64,000 bases of DNA from Candidatus Heimdallarchaeota archaeon (GCA_019058275.1 JAHLVW010000094.1:32001-96000); one strand, 5' to 3'; numbered from the stretch's first letter, positions 40,293-51,229 are shown. Notes: generated from the letters alone by a model not told the origin. A program made the numbers and translations.

Positions 40293-41054
40293 ATGTTCAA
40301 GAAATTAATGCCTGGAGCAAAACCATTTTTCTATGAACGAGGTAAAGTGGGCTGTTTACTCTGCCATGGATATACTGGTACTCCTGATGAAGTACATGGA
40401 ATAGGAAAATATTTAGCTGAAAAAGGCATTACAACAATTGCACCATTATTACCTGGTCATGGTACTACATTAGATGAACTGATAAAAACGAACACTGATG
40501 ATTGGTCTAAAGAATATAGTTATGCATTTAACTGGTTGAAAGAATATTGTGAAGAATTTTTTGTTTGTGGATTATCTTTGGGTGGAGTATTAACACTACG
40601 TTTTGCTATTGAAAATGAGGTTAATGGCATTATTTCAATGGCAACCCCTGCGAAGTTTAAATTCCATCAAGGACTCCTCTTGTCTTTAATAGCTCCTATT
40701 TTGAGAAACTTTGCTATCAAAAAAAGCAAAGAAGAATTGAAAGGACAAGAAAAATACAACATTATCTGTTATGATAAGTATCCCATTTGGCCGGCAAATT
40801 CCATAAGAAAATTAGTAAAAAGAAATCAATTTCAACTTAAGGATATTACTGATCCCATACTTATTATCCAAGGATCACTTGATGAAAATTGGTTAAAGGA
40901 ATCTGCAAAAATTATCTATGATAGAGTTTCATCAAAAGACAAAGAGCTAGTGTTTCTTGAAAAATCTCCACATAGTCTAACTCATGGTTCAGAAAAAGAG
41001 CTAGTTAATGAAATCATTTACAATTTTATTAAAAAGAACTCTAAATTGATTTAG
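40293..41054 (+). CDS. Alpha/beta-hydrolase carboxylesterase
   Basis: HGYTG, LPGHG, GLSLGG nucleophile elbow, catalytic D and H. Confidence 0.92.
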   Translation: MFKKLMPGAKPFFYERGKVGCLLCHGYTGTPDEVHGIGKYLAEKGITTIAPLLPGHGTTLDELIKTNTDDWSKEYSYAFNWLKEYCEEFFVCGLSLGGVLTLRFAIENEVNGIISMATPAKFKFHQGLLLSLIAPILRNFAIKKSKEELKGQEKYNIICYDKYPIWPANSIRKLVKRNQFQLKDITDPILIIQGSLDENWLKESAKIIYDRVSSKDKELVFLEKSPHSLTHGSEKELVNEIIYNFIKKNSKLI

Positions 41055-41181
41055 ATTTTCAATAAATATTTGCGAAAAGAATAGCAAAAACTTGGATCAC
41101 ATTTTTGGTCATTTTTATTAAATCCTCGCATTTTAGCGAGAAACCTTTAAATAATTGAAGTCAGACCTCTAACTGATTGGG

Positions 41182-41610
41182 ATGTGGATACTCGACATAA
41201 AATCTGATCTTGGGAAAATGAGTTCTATACAAGTAGCGATACTTATGGAATATGCAAAATCAGGTGAAGAACCAAAAAAGATTACAGACATAATAGCTGT
41301 TTTAAGCAATGCTTTTGAAGGTTACTGGGAACCAAAGAAAGGAACAATTTACCCAGCAGTACATAATTTGCATGTGAGGGGATTCCTGAAAATGCATGCG
41401 ATAAAACCATATGGGTATTCAATCACTGATAAAGGCTTGGAATTAATTCACAAAATGATTTCCAATATAAATCTGCAAATGGAAGTATACATGCAGTACT
41501 ATTCATTTCTACTAAATAATTATGATGCTATAGACCTAAAAAAAGCTACAAAAATAAGAAATCAAATTTTGAAGTCGATAGAAGATTATACAAAATCAAT
41601 TAAAGAATGA
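41182..41610 (+). CDS. PadR-family transcriptional regulator
   Basis: WEPKKGTIYPA...L...G...YSITDKG. Confidence 0.85.
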   Translation: MWILDIKSDLGKMSSIQVAILMEYAKSGEEPKKITDIIAVLSNAFEGYWEPKKGTIYPAVHNLHVRGFLKMHAIKPYGYSITDKGLELIHKMISNINLQMEVYMQYYSFLLNNYDAIDLKKATKIRNQILKSIEDYTKSIKE

Positions 41611-41713
41611 AAAAAATGAATAGTGGACCGCCTCTTATATCCTAATTGTCCATAAAATGAAACAACTGTTGATACCCTTTATTTATTTCCTTTTGAAAAA
41701 GGAGTATAGAAAA

Positions 41714-41792
41714 TGGAGCCGTTGGAGGGATTTGAACCCTCGTTCTACTGATTACGAAGCAGGTGCCTTAGACCAAGCTTGGCCACAACGGC
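41714..41792 (-). tRNA. tRNA-Thr(CGT), CCA encoded, no intron
   Basis: Reverse complement: GCCGTTG/CAACGGC acceptor, D-arm with GG, loop TT-CGT-AA, GAGGG-TTCAAAT-CCCTC, discriminator T then CCA. Confidence 0.88.
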
Positions 41793-42008
41793 TGTAAATT
41801 GCTATTCAACTATCCAATTCTTTTCTTTAATATTTCTTACCATTCTGCAAAAAAATCACTTTTCTCTTTTGCTTCAGTACATTTGCTTTTAAATTTTCAT
41901 AACATCATCATCCCCAAAGCTTTTAAGTACTACTTCAGCAATGAAACGTATTACCGATTAGAGTTTATTTTCTGACAGTTAAACAATAAAAAGGTGTTAT
42001 GTGAAACC

Positions 42009-42167
42009 ATGAACCTCATTTCAGTGAAAATTCCAGAAACTTTTCTTGAAGGATTAGATGATTTAGTTAGATTAGGTGTTTATCCAAGCAGGTCTGAAGT
42101 GATAAGAGTAGCTATAAGGGATCTATTACGAAAGGAGTTATGGGATAGTAGAAGAAGAGGCTCTTAA
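42009..42167 (+). CDS. Ribbon-helix-helix (CopG-family) regulator
   Basis: Not in the track; [40 protein letters not shown]. Confidence 0.9.
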   Translation: MNLISVKIPETFLEGLDDLVRLGVYPSRSEVIRVAIRDLLRKELWDSRRRGS

Positions 42168-42250
42168 GTATAATTCATCCTATTCCGAAACTAAAAAAAG
42201 GATTAATATTAACTAACATTTAGAGTATATGACAGAAGGGATAAAGAATT

Positions 42251-42670
42251 ATGGTGATCTATTCTACTGAAATTGATTTGGCTACAGAAGGTGAAACTCA
42301 GATTTTTGATATCACGCTTCAAGTAAGAAATGTTGTGAAAGATTCGGGTATTCTGAAAGGATTAGTTAATGCTTTTGTTCCTGGAGCAACAGGAGCAATC
42401 ACAACCATGGAATATGAACCTAGATTAGTTGAGGATACAATTAACCTTTTGAAACGAATTGTTCCTAAAGGAGTTGGTTATCAACATGATTATCAAGATG
42501 ATAATGCTCATAGTCATTTACGAGCAAGCTTACTTTCACCTGAAATAACTTTTCCAATAATTAAAGGTGAGCCAGTACTTGGAACATGGCAACAAATTGT
42601 TTTCATAGAACTAGACACTCGAGGTAGAGAAAGAAAGATTATTGTGACAGTTGTGGGAGACAAGAAGTAA
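42251..42670 (+). CDS. YjbQ/UPF0047 family protein
   Basis: NAHSHLRASL, LGTWQ, ELD..RER. Confidence 0.92.
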   Translation: MVIYSTEIDLATEGETQIFDITLQVRNVVKDSGILKGLVNAFVPGATGAITTMEYEPRLVEDTINLLKRIVPKGVGYQHDYQDDNAHSHLRASLLSPEITFPIIKGEPVLGTWQQIVFIELDTRGRERKIIVTVVGDKK

Positions 42671-42720
42671 TTTCATTAGAATTTCTTCTTTTTTTTACAC
42701 CAAGTATTTTTGGGATAGAA

Positions 42721-42921
42721 ATGAGTACCAATGAGTTTATTGTTATAAGATGTCCTAGATGTGGAAAATGGACATATGCCAAAAGTAGACAAAAAACTCG
42801 TTTTTGTAGTAGGTGTGAAAAAAGATTCAAGATTAATCCTATACAAGTTATTTACGCAACAAGTCACCAACATGCAAATTTGCTTGTGAAAATGAAAAAT
42901 GAAGAAGAGATGCATAAATAA
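42721..42921 (+). CDS. DUF1922-like zinc-ribbon protein
   Basis: RCPRCG...KTRFCSRC. Confidence 0.75.
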   Translation: MSTNEFIVIRCPRCGKWTYAKSRQKTRFCSRCEKRFKINPIQVIYATSHQHANLLVKMKNEEEMHK

Positions 42922-43048
42922 TCTTATTAATTATATAGAATTTGAATAACTATTTAATTTGCACAAACAAACGGAAAAATATTTTAAAGACAAATATTTT
43001 TACAAACACTAGTCCAAAAAAATCTGAGTATCATATGTGGTGTAAAAT

Positions 43049-43237
43049 TTGAAACCAAGGTCATGGATGATCCTAATAATTGCTATAGGAGCAATTGCTC
43101 TTGTCACTGGTATACTATTAGCAATGCCTGATAGAATTATAGAGTTTTTCAATATCCCTCCAACGTCAATTGACGCTTTTAAGGACTTTATTCAGCAATA
43201 TGTGACCGGAATACCTATCCCACCACCGATATCATAA
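43049..43237 (+). CDS. Small single-TM protein
   Basis: GGTG RBS, hydrophobic N-terminus; precedes the Fe-S membrane protein. Confidence 0.55.
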   Translation: MKPRSWMILIIAIGAIALVTGILLAMPDRIIEFFNIPPTSIDAFKDFIQQYVTGIPIPPPIS

Positions 43238-43266
43238 TAACCAACTAACTTACGGAGAAAAACAAG

Positions 43267-44217
43267 ATGGGTACACGCGCTCAAGATTCAAAGGTCAAAG
43301 CATTTGGTTTACGTGTATTAGAAACTATGAATGCTAGAAAGGTACGTCTCTTAAGATGGCTTGTTCAAATAGTTTCTTTTGTACTAATCAACGGTGGATT
43401 GATTGGCCTAGGTTGGACCTATATACCTTTACCAATTAATCAACCAGCAGGTGCTCCATTTACCACTATTGTTGGAGGATTCGATGCATTTCAACAGATT
43501 TTTTCTGCTGGCTATTTTCCATTCTTAATATTTGGTGTATGCTTAATAATTGGTGGTATATTTGGTAGAATGCTATGTGGCTGGATCTGTCCTTTCGGAT
43601 TCTTCCAAGATTTAATGAGATTGGTACCAGTTAAGAAGCTAAAGGTTTCAAAACCATTGAATAAAGGATTGCGAGATATGCGTGCAGTCGTTTTCTGGGC
43701 AATAATTATTATCGCTGGATTTCTAGGTTACAGAGAACTAATAGGTGATAGTGTTGCAGAAGGGTTCAGAGCATTTGCTAAGCAACCATGGACTCCTTTA
43801 AATCCTGCAGCAACTTTATTTGTAATGTTCTATTACATGGTATTCTGGAAACAATACCCAGGCGGAGAGGAAGACTTCGTAGCTGGTGATTGGAAATTCA
43901 TGTTCTATTTCAGAATAATCCTATTGCTAGCAGTAATTGGATTAAGCATCTTTATTCCAAGATTCTACTGCAGATATGTCTGTCCAATTGGTTATACGAT
44001 GGGTTATACTGCAAAATACAGTCTTATAGGAATTGCTCGAAATCCTGCAAGATGTACACGATGTGGTAGTTGTGAAGACATGTGTGAAAAGAGCGCAATG
44101 CAAGTACCTATACTTGACTACTCGTATGAAAGGGTGCGGGATACCAACTGTACGAATTGTGGCTCTTGCTTAGATGCATGTCCTCATGGAGCTATCTACT
44201 TCAAATTCAAAGGATAA
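43267..44217 (+). CDS. NapH/MauN-like membrane 4Fe-4S protein
   Basis: GRMLCGWICP, RFYCRYVCP and two CxxCxxCxxxC motifs. Confidence 0.88.
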   Translation: MGTRAQDSKVKAFGLRVLETMNARKVRLLRWLVQIVSFVLINGGLIGLGWTYIPLPINQPAGAPFTTIVGGFDAFQQIFSAGYFPFLIFGVCLIIGGIFGRMLCGWICPFGFFQDLMRLVPVKKLKVSKPLNKGLRDMRAVVFWAIIIIAGFLGYRELIGDSVAEGFRAFAKQPWTPLNPAATLFVMFYYMVFWKQYPGGEEDFVAGDWKFMFYFRIILLLAVIGLSIFIPRFYCRYVCPIGYTMGYTAKYSLIGIARNPARCTRCGSCEDMCEKSAMQVPILDYSYERVRDTNCTNCGSCLDACPHGAIYFKFKG

Positions 44218-44231
44218 TCTTATTAACTATT

Positions 44232-44270
44232 AAATCCCTTTAGGGATTTTTTCTTATTCTTTTTCATTTT
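44232..44270 (+). terminator. Hairpin plus U-tract
   Basis: AAATCCC-TTTA-GGGATTT followed by T runs. Confidence 0.5.
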
Positions 44271-44294
44271 CCCGCAAAAGCATTTTAGTTTGAA

Positions 44295-45071
44295 ATGATA
44301 TACTCTTCTAGTGTGGGAATAATGAATTCAGATATGGAATCATGCATTAAGATAGTAAAAGAGCTAAAACGTAAAGGTGCAATTAATGCTTATGTTCTTA
44401 CAGGAGCAGGAATTTCGAGAGCTTCTAATATTCCTACATTTCGAGGAGAAGATGGTCTATGGGAAAAGTACAATTTTGAAGAAGTTGCTACAATTGATGC
44501 ATGGTTGAAAAATCCAACTAAGATATGGACTTTCTATGCTGAGGGTATTGATATTATTCTGAATGCTGAACCCAATCCAGCACATAAATCCATTACTCAA
44601 TTACAAGAACATGGATTCTGCAAATACATAATCACTCAAAATGTTGATAACCTTCATCAAAAAGCTGGATCAAAGGATGTTCTTGAGATACATGGAAATA
44701 TAACACGTGTTCGTTGTATGGAGTGCAATGAGAAGCAAGTTTATACAGAACCCCTAAAAGAAATTCCTCCAATGTGTAAGTGTGGAGGTATGCTGAGACT
44801 AGATGTCGTTCTATTTAATGAACAACTACCATACGAATTGATAAATAAGGCATTTGATATTGCAAAAAAAGCTGATTTAGTATTTATAGTTGGTACAAGC
44901 GCTGAAGTTGTACCAGCAGCTACATTACCATATATCTCTAAGAAAAATGGAGCAAAAATTATAATATTTAACAAAGAAAAAACTGAACATGTTCAAATTG
45001 CTGATTGCTTCATAACCGGAAAATGCGAGGAAAGTCTTCCGAAATTTCTGAATATGTTGCTGAATCATTAA
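44295..45071 (+). CDS. cobB: Sir2/CobB NAD-dependent deacylase
   Basis: TGAGIS..S.IPTFRG, TQNVDNLH, HG, Zn Cys pairs, GTS. Confidence 0.93.
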   Translation: MIYSSSVGIMNSDMESCIKIVKELKRKGAINAYVLTGAGISRASNIPTFRGEDGLWEKYNFEEVATIDAWLKNPTKIWTFYAEGIDIILNAEPNPAHKSITQLQEHGFCKYIITQNVDNLHQKAGSKDVLEIHGNITRVRCMECNEKQVYTEPLKEIPPMCKCGGMLRLDVVLFNEQLPYELINKAFDIAKKADLVFIVGTSAEVVPAATLPYISKKNGAKIIIFNKEKTEHVQIADCFITGKCEESLPKFLNMLLNH

Positions 45072-45173
45072 ATTCTAATTAAAACAATAAAAAAGTAAAT
45101 TAATTGCTTATCATCGGAATATTTACATTAACAAATGAAATCAAAGTCTATTTGATGATTTGGAGCTAGGAGA

Positions 45174-46433
45174 ATGAAAATTTACTTAACAATTTCGCTA
45201 ATAGGACCTTTCATTCTAGATGATGATGGAAATATCATTAATACTAGAGACTTTAAATTAGATCCGAAACTCGTAGCAAAGAAGCTATCTGCTATTGATT
45301 CAGGAAAGGGTCCCAAAGAATTGGATGAAATCCTCAAAGAACACAAAAAAGACGATATTGTTGTTACAGACTCAAAACTTAATCGAATCCTTTCATCTCA
45401 AGGATTTAAAGTAATTAGCGAATTCCAGAATCCTATTATTAGAAACTTCCACAAGGAGATAATTACTCATATACAAAATATGGGTATCTTCAAAACCGAG
45501 AAAGATTATCTGAAGTTCCTCAGAGAAACATCCATAGCATTAACTCGAGAAAGAGTTAGAGCAGCAGCTGAAAAAAGAGATCGATTGATTGTTCATGCTA
45601 TAGAAACAATAGATGATACAGATAAAACAACTAATCTGTTTGCTAATAGGTTAAGGGAATTTTATGGTATGCATTTTCCGGAATTAGTTGATGCTATTGA
45701 AAATCACAATACTTTTGCTATCATTGTAAGCAAAACTGGAGATAAGATGAACATTGACAAAAAATTACTTGTAGATGAAATCAAACTTCCAGATAAAAAA
45801 GCAGAAACACTTTTGGCATCACGCGAAACTTCAATGGGTTCTGATTTACTCGAACAAGATATGATAATAATTAAAGAACAAGCAAAAACACTTGTTAATC
45901 TATTCAAGCGTCGACAAGCACTTGAAAAATGGATGGAGGAAGCTATGACAACAGTAGCACCAAATATTTGTGGAGTTGTTAGCCCACTTTTAGGTGCTAG
46001 GTTAATTTCACTAGCAGGTTCTCTGAAAGGTTTAGCTTTATGTGCATCAAGTAAAATACAAATTTTGGGTGCGGAGAAGGCTCTCTATAGAACAATTAAA
46101 ACAGGTGCACCTCCTCCAAAACATGGTATTATTTATCAAGATCCAAGATTAAATCAAGCTAAGTGGTGGCTTAGAGGAAAAATTGCTCGAGTGCTATCTG
46201 GAAGACTTTCAATTGCAGCTCGTATGGATTATTTTGAAGCTGACGATAAATCTAAGGATTTAGCTAAGGAATTAAGTAAAAAAATAGAAGAAGTTAAGAT
46301 CAAGTATCCCGATCCTCCTAGTAGACCACCTCGGAAACCAAAACCCATGAAAAGTTTTGCAAAAGGTGGTGCTACAAGACCAAGACCTTCTGGTTCAAAG
46401 AAGAGCAAAGGCAGCTATAAGAAGAAGAGATGA
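45174..46433 (+). CDS. nop5: C/D box sRNP protein Nop5 (Nop56/58)
   Basis: REFYGMHFPEL, QILGAEKAL, PKHG, RGKIAR. Confidence 0.95.
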   Translation: MKIYLTISLIGPFILDDDGNIINTRDFKLDPKLVAKKLSAIDSGKGPKELDEILKEHKKDDIVVTDSKLNRILSSQGFKVISEFQNPIIRNFHKEIITHIQNMGIFKTEKDYLKFLRETSIALTRERVRAAAEKRDRLIVHAIETIDDTDKTTNLFANRLREFYGMHFPELVDAIENHNTFAIIVSKTGDKMNIDKKLLVDEIKLPDKKAETLLASRETSMGSDLLEQDMIIIKEQAKTLVNLFKRRQALEKWMEEAMTTVAPNICGVVSPLLGARLISLAGSLKGLALCASSKIQILGAEKALYRTIKTGAPPPKHGIIYQDPRLNQAKWWLRGKIARVLSGRLSIAARMDYFEADDKSKDLAKELSKKIEEVKIKYPDPPSRPPRKPKPMKSFAKGGATRPRPSGSKKSKGSYKKKR

Positions 46434-46455
46434 ATTATAGAAGGTGAATTGACAA

Positions 46456-47142
46456 ATGGAAATTAAAAAATACAAATCTTTTGAAGGCATTTATCATGTA
46501 ATCTTTCCAGAGGGAGTGCGAAAAATCGCAACATTGAATTTTACCCCCGGTCATCGAGTTTATGGTGAAGATTTAATTCCATTGGGTAAGCAAGAATATC
46601 GCTTATGGGACCCAACAAGATCAAAGCTCGCAGCTGCCATTGTTAAAGGTTTAAAGAAAGTACCAATAATTCCAGGTAGCTATGTTCTATATTTGGGTGC
46701 TGCTTCTGGAACAACTCCAAGTCATGTCTCTGATATCATTGGTTTAAAGGGATTTGAATATTGTATTGAATTCTCGCCTAGATCAATTAGAGATTTAGTC
46801 TTTCTATGTGAAAAACGTCAAAATATGTCGCCGATTTTAGAAGATGCAAGATATCCCAAGAACTATGAATATTTGGTTAATCCAGTAGATGTAGTATATT
46901 GTGATATTGCACAGCCAGATCAAGCGAAAATTATGGCTGATAATGCAAATGCCTTTCTAAAGAAAGGGGGGTATATCTTACTAGCAATTAAAGCAAGAAG
47001 CATAAGTTCGACTAAAAATCCATCAATTATTTACAAGCAACAAATGGAAATACTAGAAGATGAGGGTTTTGAAATCATAGAAGCTATAGACTTACATCCT
47101 CTAGAAAAAGACCATGCTATGATTTTAGGAAAGAAAAATTAA
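46456..47142 (+). CDS. flpA: Fibrillarin-like rRNA/tRNA 2'-O-methyltransferase
   Basis: VYGE, WDPTRSKLAA, LYLGAASGTT.SHVSD, DIAQPDQ. Confidence 0.97.
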   Translation: MEIKKYKSFEGIYHVIFPEGVRKIATLNFTPGHRVYGEDLIPLGKQEYRLWDPTRSKLAAAIVKGLKKVPIIPGSYVLYLGAASGTTPSHVSDIIGLKGFEYCIEFSPRSIRDLVFLCEKRQNMSPILEDARYPKNYEYLVNPVDVVYCDIAQPDQAKIMADNANAFLKKGGYILLAIKARSISSTKNPSIIYKQQMEILEDEGFEIIEAIDLHPLEKDHAMILGKKN

Positions 47143-47244
47143 GCTAGATTTTCACAAACAAAAGATTATATAAACTTGAAAGTAAATCAATAAGTATAAA
47201 CTTTGAATAAAATCGCTGGATATGCATTATAGGAGTTTGCCAGA

Positions 47245-48114
47245 TTGAAACTTAGAAGAACCAGAATTAAAAAAATGTTCAAAGATAAAAATGCTGTTTC
47301 TCAAATTCTGGCTGCTATAATGATGATCTTTCTATTTACAGCTGCGATAGGTGTTGTATGGGGCTATCTCTATCCTACTTACAGACGATTTCAAACAACA
47401 AATGCAATAAACAGTGTTACATTATATATGCTGAATATTGATGAATCGATTTATGATATATATGGAAAAGGAGAAGGAACAACAAAAACCATAAGAGTCG
47501 ATCCTAGTTATGGAACTTTCTTTTATGAGGAAGGAAAAAATGTTAGTTTACAGTATAGTAATACTGCAGGAACATTTACTGGGTCATATGTTTTCTCTAA
47601 ATTGGGTGCGTTTTCATATTCACTTGAAAATAGAAGGGGAGTAATCCTTGACGTAGGACAACATCGATATCTTAAAGGACCTAAAGTCCAAAATACTTTC
47701 TTCATAAATGGATCAGACGATGGTTTAACTTACCAGGGCTTAACAAATCTCACCTTATCACGCACAGATGAAAAAGCAATGAAAATAGAGCTTGAATACC
47801 GAGCAAGAGTTTACTATTGGTTTGATCAAACAAATAACGTATTATCTGTAATCATTAATTTAGTACAAATAGACATTAATGGAGTAGAATTCAGTTTTCA
47901 TGATTATAATGAATTGGTATTAGCTTATAATACTACAAGAACAGTTTATTCAACTAGTGCTAATATTGATGACGATTTCTTTATAGATGGCTCAATAGCT
48001 TCAGTTGGCTTTAACCCTTCAGAACCAGCTTTAACATTTATTAAACCTCTAGCTGTTGCTAATTATGATGTAAATATAGATGTTGTAGTTTCACAAATTC
48101 TATTTTATTATTGA
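47245..48114 (+). CDS. Type IV pilin-like protein with class III signal peptide
   Basis: Basic leader KDKNA|VSQILAAIMMIFL followed by a hydrophobic helix. Confidence 0.7.
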   Translation: MKLRRTRIKKMFKDKNAVSQILAAIMMIFLFTAAIGVVWGYLYPTYRRFQTTNAINSVTLYMLNIDESIYDIYGKGEGTTKTIRVDPSYGTFFYEEGKNVSLQYSNTAGTFTGSYVFSKLGAFSYSLENRRGVILDVGQHRYLKGPKVQNTFFINGSDDGLTYQGLTNLTLSRTDEKAMKIELEYRARVYYWFDQTNNVLSVIINLVQIDINGVEFSFHDYNELVLAYNTTRTVYSTSANIDDDFFIDGSIASVGFNPSEPALTFIKPLAVANYDVNIDVVVSQILFYY

Positions 48115-48215
48115 AAATTAAACAACTTTCATTTATCCTTTTTCATACTAACTTTTAAATACAAGCTTATAGTGCCAAATCATTGCTGAAGAGAATAAGC
48201 TGGAGATTGAATACG

Positions 48216-48524
48216 ATGGTCAAAATCCCCGCGAAAATGCGTACCTATTGTAAAAAATGCAACAAACATACTACCCAAACCGTTAGACAAGAAAAAGGCG
48301 GTCGACGTGGTAGTGGTCTTGTAAAAGGTACTAGACGTGCTAAAAGACATAAAAGAGGATCAGGTAATAAAGGAAAATATTCCAAGAAAGCTGTTTCTCA
48401 ACTTAAGATGGCTTCCAAAACCTCAGCAAAGGTCGATTTAAGATTAACTTGTGATGAATGTAAAGCCACATGGGTTAGAACCTATGCTCGTGCACGTTCT
48501 GTAGAAATAGTCAAAACGGGTTAA
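48216..48524 (+). CDS. rpl44e: 50S ribosomal protein L44e (eL42)
   Basis: MVKIP...RTYCKKC.KHT and K..LRLTCDEC. Confidence 0.93.
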   Translation: MVKIPAKMRTYCKKCNKHTTQTVRQEKGGRRGSGLVKGTRRAKRHKRGSGNKGKYSKKAVSQLKMASKTSAKVDLRLTCDECKATWVRTYARARSVEIVKTG

Positions 48525-48596
48525 ATCCCAATTTTTCAATATTTTACTGATACTTTTCCTTATTTTTCATTCATAAAAGTTAGTCATTTTATTTAT

Positions 48597-49430
48597 GTGA
48601 TGCTTAGTTATATTACAAATGAAATGTTAGTGTGTGTAGAAATGAGTGGAAATCATCTAAATATCATTACAAAAATAATTAGCGACTTTAAATTGAAAAA
48701 TGGAGTACTAATACAATGCTTCCCAGGACAAGGTCTTGTTGGTCGTATTGCAGGGATGCAATTAATAGAGTACTTCAATGCTAAAAAAGCTGCCAAAATA
48801 TATTCAAGTTATTTTCCTCATCTTGTGATATTTCAAGGAGAACTCGGGAAATTAGTTCATGGTGAATTGTGGGCTATTGAAAAAAACAATCCTCCTCTGT
48901 TAATTCTCACAGGTGAAAGTCAACCCCAAGAAGGCGCTGAAGGAATGTTTCAAGTTTTGAATGCAACATTAGACATTGCTGAAAAGTGGGGTATTAACAA
49001 AGTAATTGCTATAGGTGGTTTTAGACCAGCAGATTTAGAATCAACACCTGAAGTAACTGCTTTTGCCTATACTGAAGATGATGCTAATAGGCTTAAAGAA
49101 CATAACATTAATCTCTTCACTGAAGGAAGAGTTAGTGGTGCAGTAGGAGTTCTAACAGCTCTTGCTTCAGAAAGAGGTTTCATGTCATATGGAATAATGG
49201 GTAAAGTAAGACCAGGTGAAGGTTCCGCACTTGCTTTTGGAGTTGATCCTATTGCTTCAAAAAATGTTTTAAATGCTGTCTGTAAATTATTAGGTTTTGA
49301 AATGGATTTATCTAAAATGGATCAAATGATTCAAGATATTCAGCAAACTGAAGCAAAAGCAATGCGTGTCATTGACGATTTAAGTAGAACAAGAACTGAT
49401 AGAGCAGAAAGAAAGACCTACTATATTTAA
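48597..49430 (+). CDS. Proteasome assembly chaperone PAC2-family protein
   Basis: FPGQGLVGRIA, GESQP, IGGF, G.VSGAVG, DPIAS. Confidence 0.88.
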   Translation: MMLSYITNEMLVCVEMSGNHLNIITKIISDFKLKNGVLIQCFPGQGLVGRIAGMQLIEYFNAKKAAKIYSSYFPHLVIFQGELGKLVHGELWAIEKNNPPLLILTGESQPQEGAEGMFQVLNATLDIAEKWGINKVIAIGGFRPADLESTPEVTAFAYTEDDANRLKEHNINLFTEGRVSGAVGVLTALASERGFMSYGIMGKVRPGEGSALAFGVDPIASKNVLNAVCKLLGFEMDLSKMDQMIQDIQQTEAKAMRVIDDLSRTRTDRAERKTYYI

Positions 49431-49503
49431 GAAAAAAAGATTAGAATTTTTGAGATTTCTCTCAAAATTTCTTATCCAATATTTGGCTTTTTTTTTATTA
49501 ATG

Positions 49504-50346
49504 TTAAATTTTAATCTTTGCAAGGAGATTATCAATAATCTTCTCGAAGATTTTTTGCGAATCACAATTTGTAGAAACTATTGGTTTACCTGAATCAGCT
49601 AAGGGAACAATTTTCGGATCGATAGGGATTGATCCTAGGAAAGGTATTCCAAGTTCTTGAGCTGCTTTCTTTCCACCATCCTTACTAAAGATATTAATCT
49701 CTTCATCACAATGAGGGCATTTGAATCCGCTCATATTCTCAATAATCCCTAGAACCTTCATACCAACTTTAGCTACAAAGCTAATTGATTTCTTCACATC
49801 AAGTAGTGCAACTTCCTGTGGTGTTGTTACAATAATTACACCATCTGCTCTTGGAATCATTTGTGCAACACTTAGAGGTTCATCACTTGTTCCGGGGGGT
49901 AAATCAATTACTAGAAAATCAAGATGACCCCAATTAACGTCACCAAGAAACTGATTAATTGCTCCCATTTTCAATGGGCCTCTCCAAATAATTGCGTCCT
50001 TTTTATTTTCTAAAAGAAATTCCATGGAAATAATTTTTACACCATCAATTGATTCAACAGGAATCATCTTCTTCTTCTCTTGATCATAATCAGGTCTTTT
50101 ATCTTCAAGACCAACCATCTTTGGTACATTTGGACCAGTTATATCAGCATCTAATATGCCGACAGCATGACCTCTCTTAGCCAAAGATGTGGCAAGGTTT
50201 ACTGCAATAGTAGTTTTACCAACTCCACCTTTCCCACTAGCTATAACAAAAACATGATCTATGTCCTTCAATGCAGCCATTATTTTTGCTTTCATTGGAT
50301 CTATTACCGGTGCACCAGTTGGTGTCTTAATTTCTTTTTTGTCCAT
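49504..50346 (-). CDS. Mrp/NBP35 (ApbC) Fe-S carrier ATPase
   Basis: [35 protein letters not shown]. Confidence 0.95.
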   Translation of the reverse strand: MDKKEIKTPTGAPVIDPMKAKIMAALKDIDHVFVIASGKGGVGKTTIAVNLATSLAKRGHAVGILDADITGPNVPKMVGLEDKRPDYDQEKKKMIPVESIDGVKIISMEFLLENKKDAIIWRGPLKMGAINQFLGDVNWGHLDFLVIDLPPGTSDEPLSVAQMIPRADGVIIVTTPQEVALLDVKKSISFVAKVGMKVLGIIENMSGFKCPHCDEEINIFSKDGGKKAAQELGIPFLGSIPIDPKIVPLADSGKPIVSTNCDSQKIFEKIIDNLLAKIKI

Positions 50347-50514
50347 GATTGGTTAAACCAGCATAAGAATTTGAGTAATAGGTGATTGCTCCTTCTTTTA
50401 AAATTGTCCTCATACATGTTAAAGAAAAGGAGCTAAAATTTCTTATAGAATAAAGAAAGGGCAGAAGATTGAAACTATTTAGCAATCAGTCTATTAGTAT
50501 CAAAAGGTTATGAA

Positions 50515-50844
50515 TTAACACCAAGCTATAACTTTCTCATACTTGTCCATTATCAAAGAAATAGTCTCATCATAGTCTAATTGTTTTATATCAGGATGAA
50601 CATTATCTCCATAAATACCTCTGGCTTCAAGATCTTCTTTAATTGCATAAACAGTTATACCAAATTTTGCAGCATCTGCAATAATGTTCTTTCCTCCTTT
50701 CCAACAAGCAAGAGTACTGTCTTGAATAAGAAGAACACCAACATCGTTTCCATGTTCTTTTTGAGTCTTTGTTATGTCAAGAAGGGTACCTTGTGCTGCG
50801 CAAGTATAGATACTTTTTGAAGTTATAAATAGAATTTTAGTCAT
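50515..50844 (-). CDS. DsrH/TusB sulfur-relay subunit
   Basis: LLIQDS, EDLEARG, C-terminal W. Confidence 0.8.
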   Translation of the reverse strand: MTKILFITSKSIYTCAAQGTLLDITKTQKEHGNDVGVLLIQDSTLACWKGGKNIIADAAKFGITVYAIKEDLEARGIYGDNVHPDIKQLDYDETISLIMDKYEKVIAWC

Positions 50845-50856
50845 TTCTTGTACCTC

Positions 50857-51216
50857 CTAAAGTGCAATGGTTGCATCAGCTTGCAAGAGCAATTCACTAA
50901 ATTCATCAAGAGAAATGATTTTCACTTCTAACTTTGGGTCTAAATCTTCAGGTTTTACTCCTCTTTGTTTTAAGGAGTTTTCAAAAGCAAATATTGGAAT
51001 ATCATATCTATGCATAGCTTCTAGTGCTCCCATAACAGAATGATGCCCAATGCCATCAGGATTCTGATCCTTAATTAAATTAAAGACACCATCATCAATG
51101 AAAATGGCATCAGTTTCTACATCTAACACTAATAATCCTTGAGCAACACGAATGCCTTCAAGGCTGTTAATTTGCCCATATGGACCTTTACGGAAAATAA
51201 CAATTACTTTTTCCAT
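50857..51216 (-). CDS. DsrF/TusC sulfur-relay subunit
   Basis: KGPYG...EG.R, FIDDGV, SL.QRG; start at ATG 51216. Confidence 0.82.
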   Translation of the reverse strand: MEKVIVIFRKGPYGQINSLEGIRVAQGLLVLDVETDAIFIDDGVFNLIKDQNPDGIGHHSVMGALEAMHRYDIPIFAFENSLKQRGVKPEDLDPKLEVKIISLDEFSELLLQADATIAL

Positions 51217-51229
51217 TTTTCGTTTCTCC

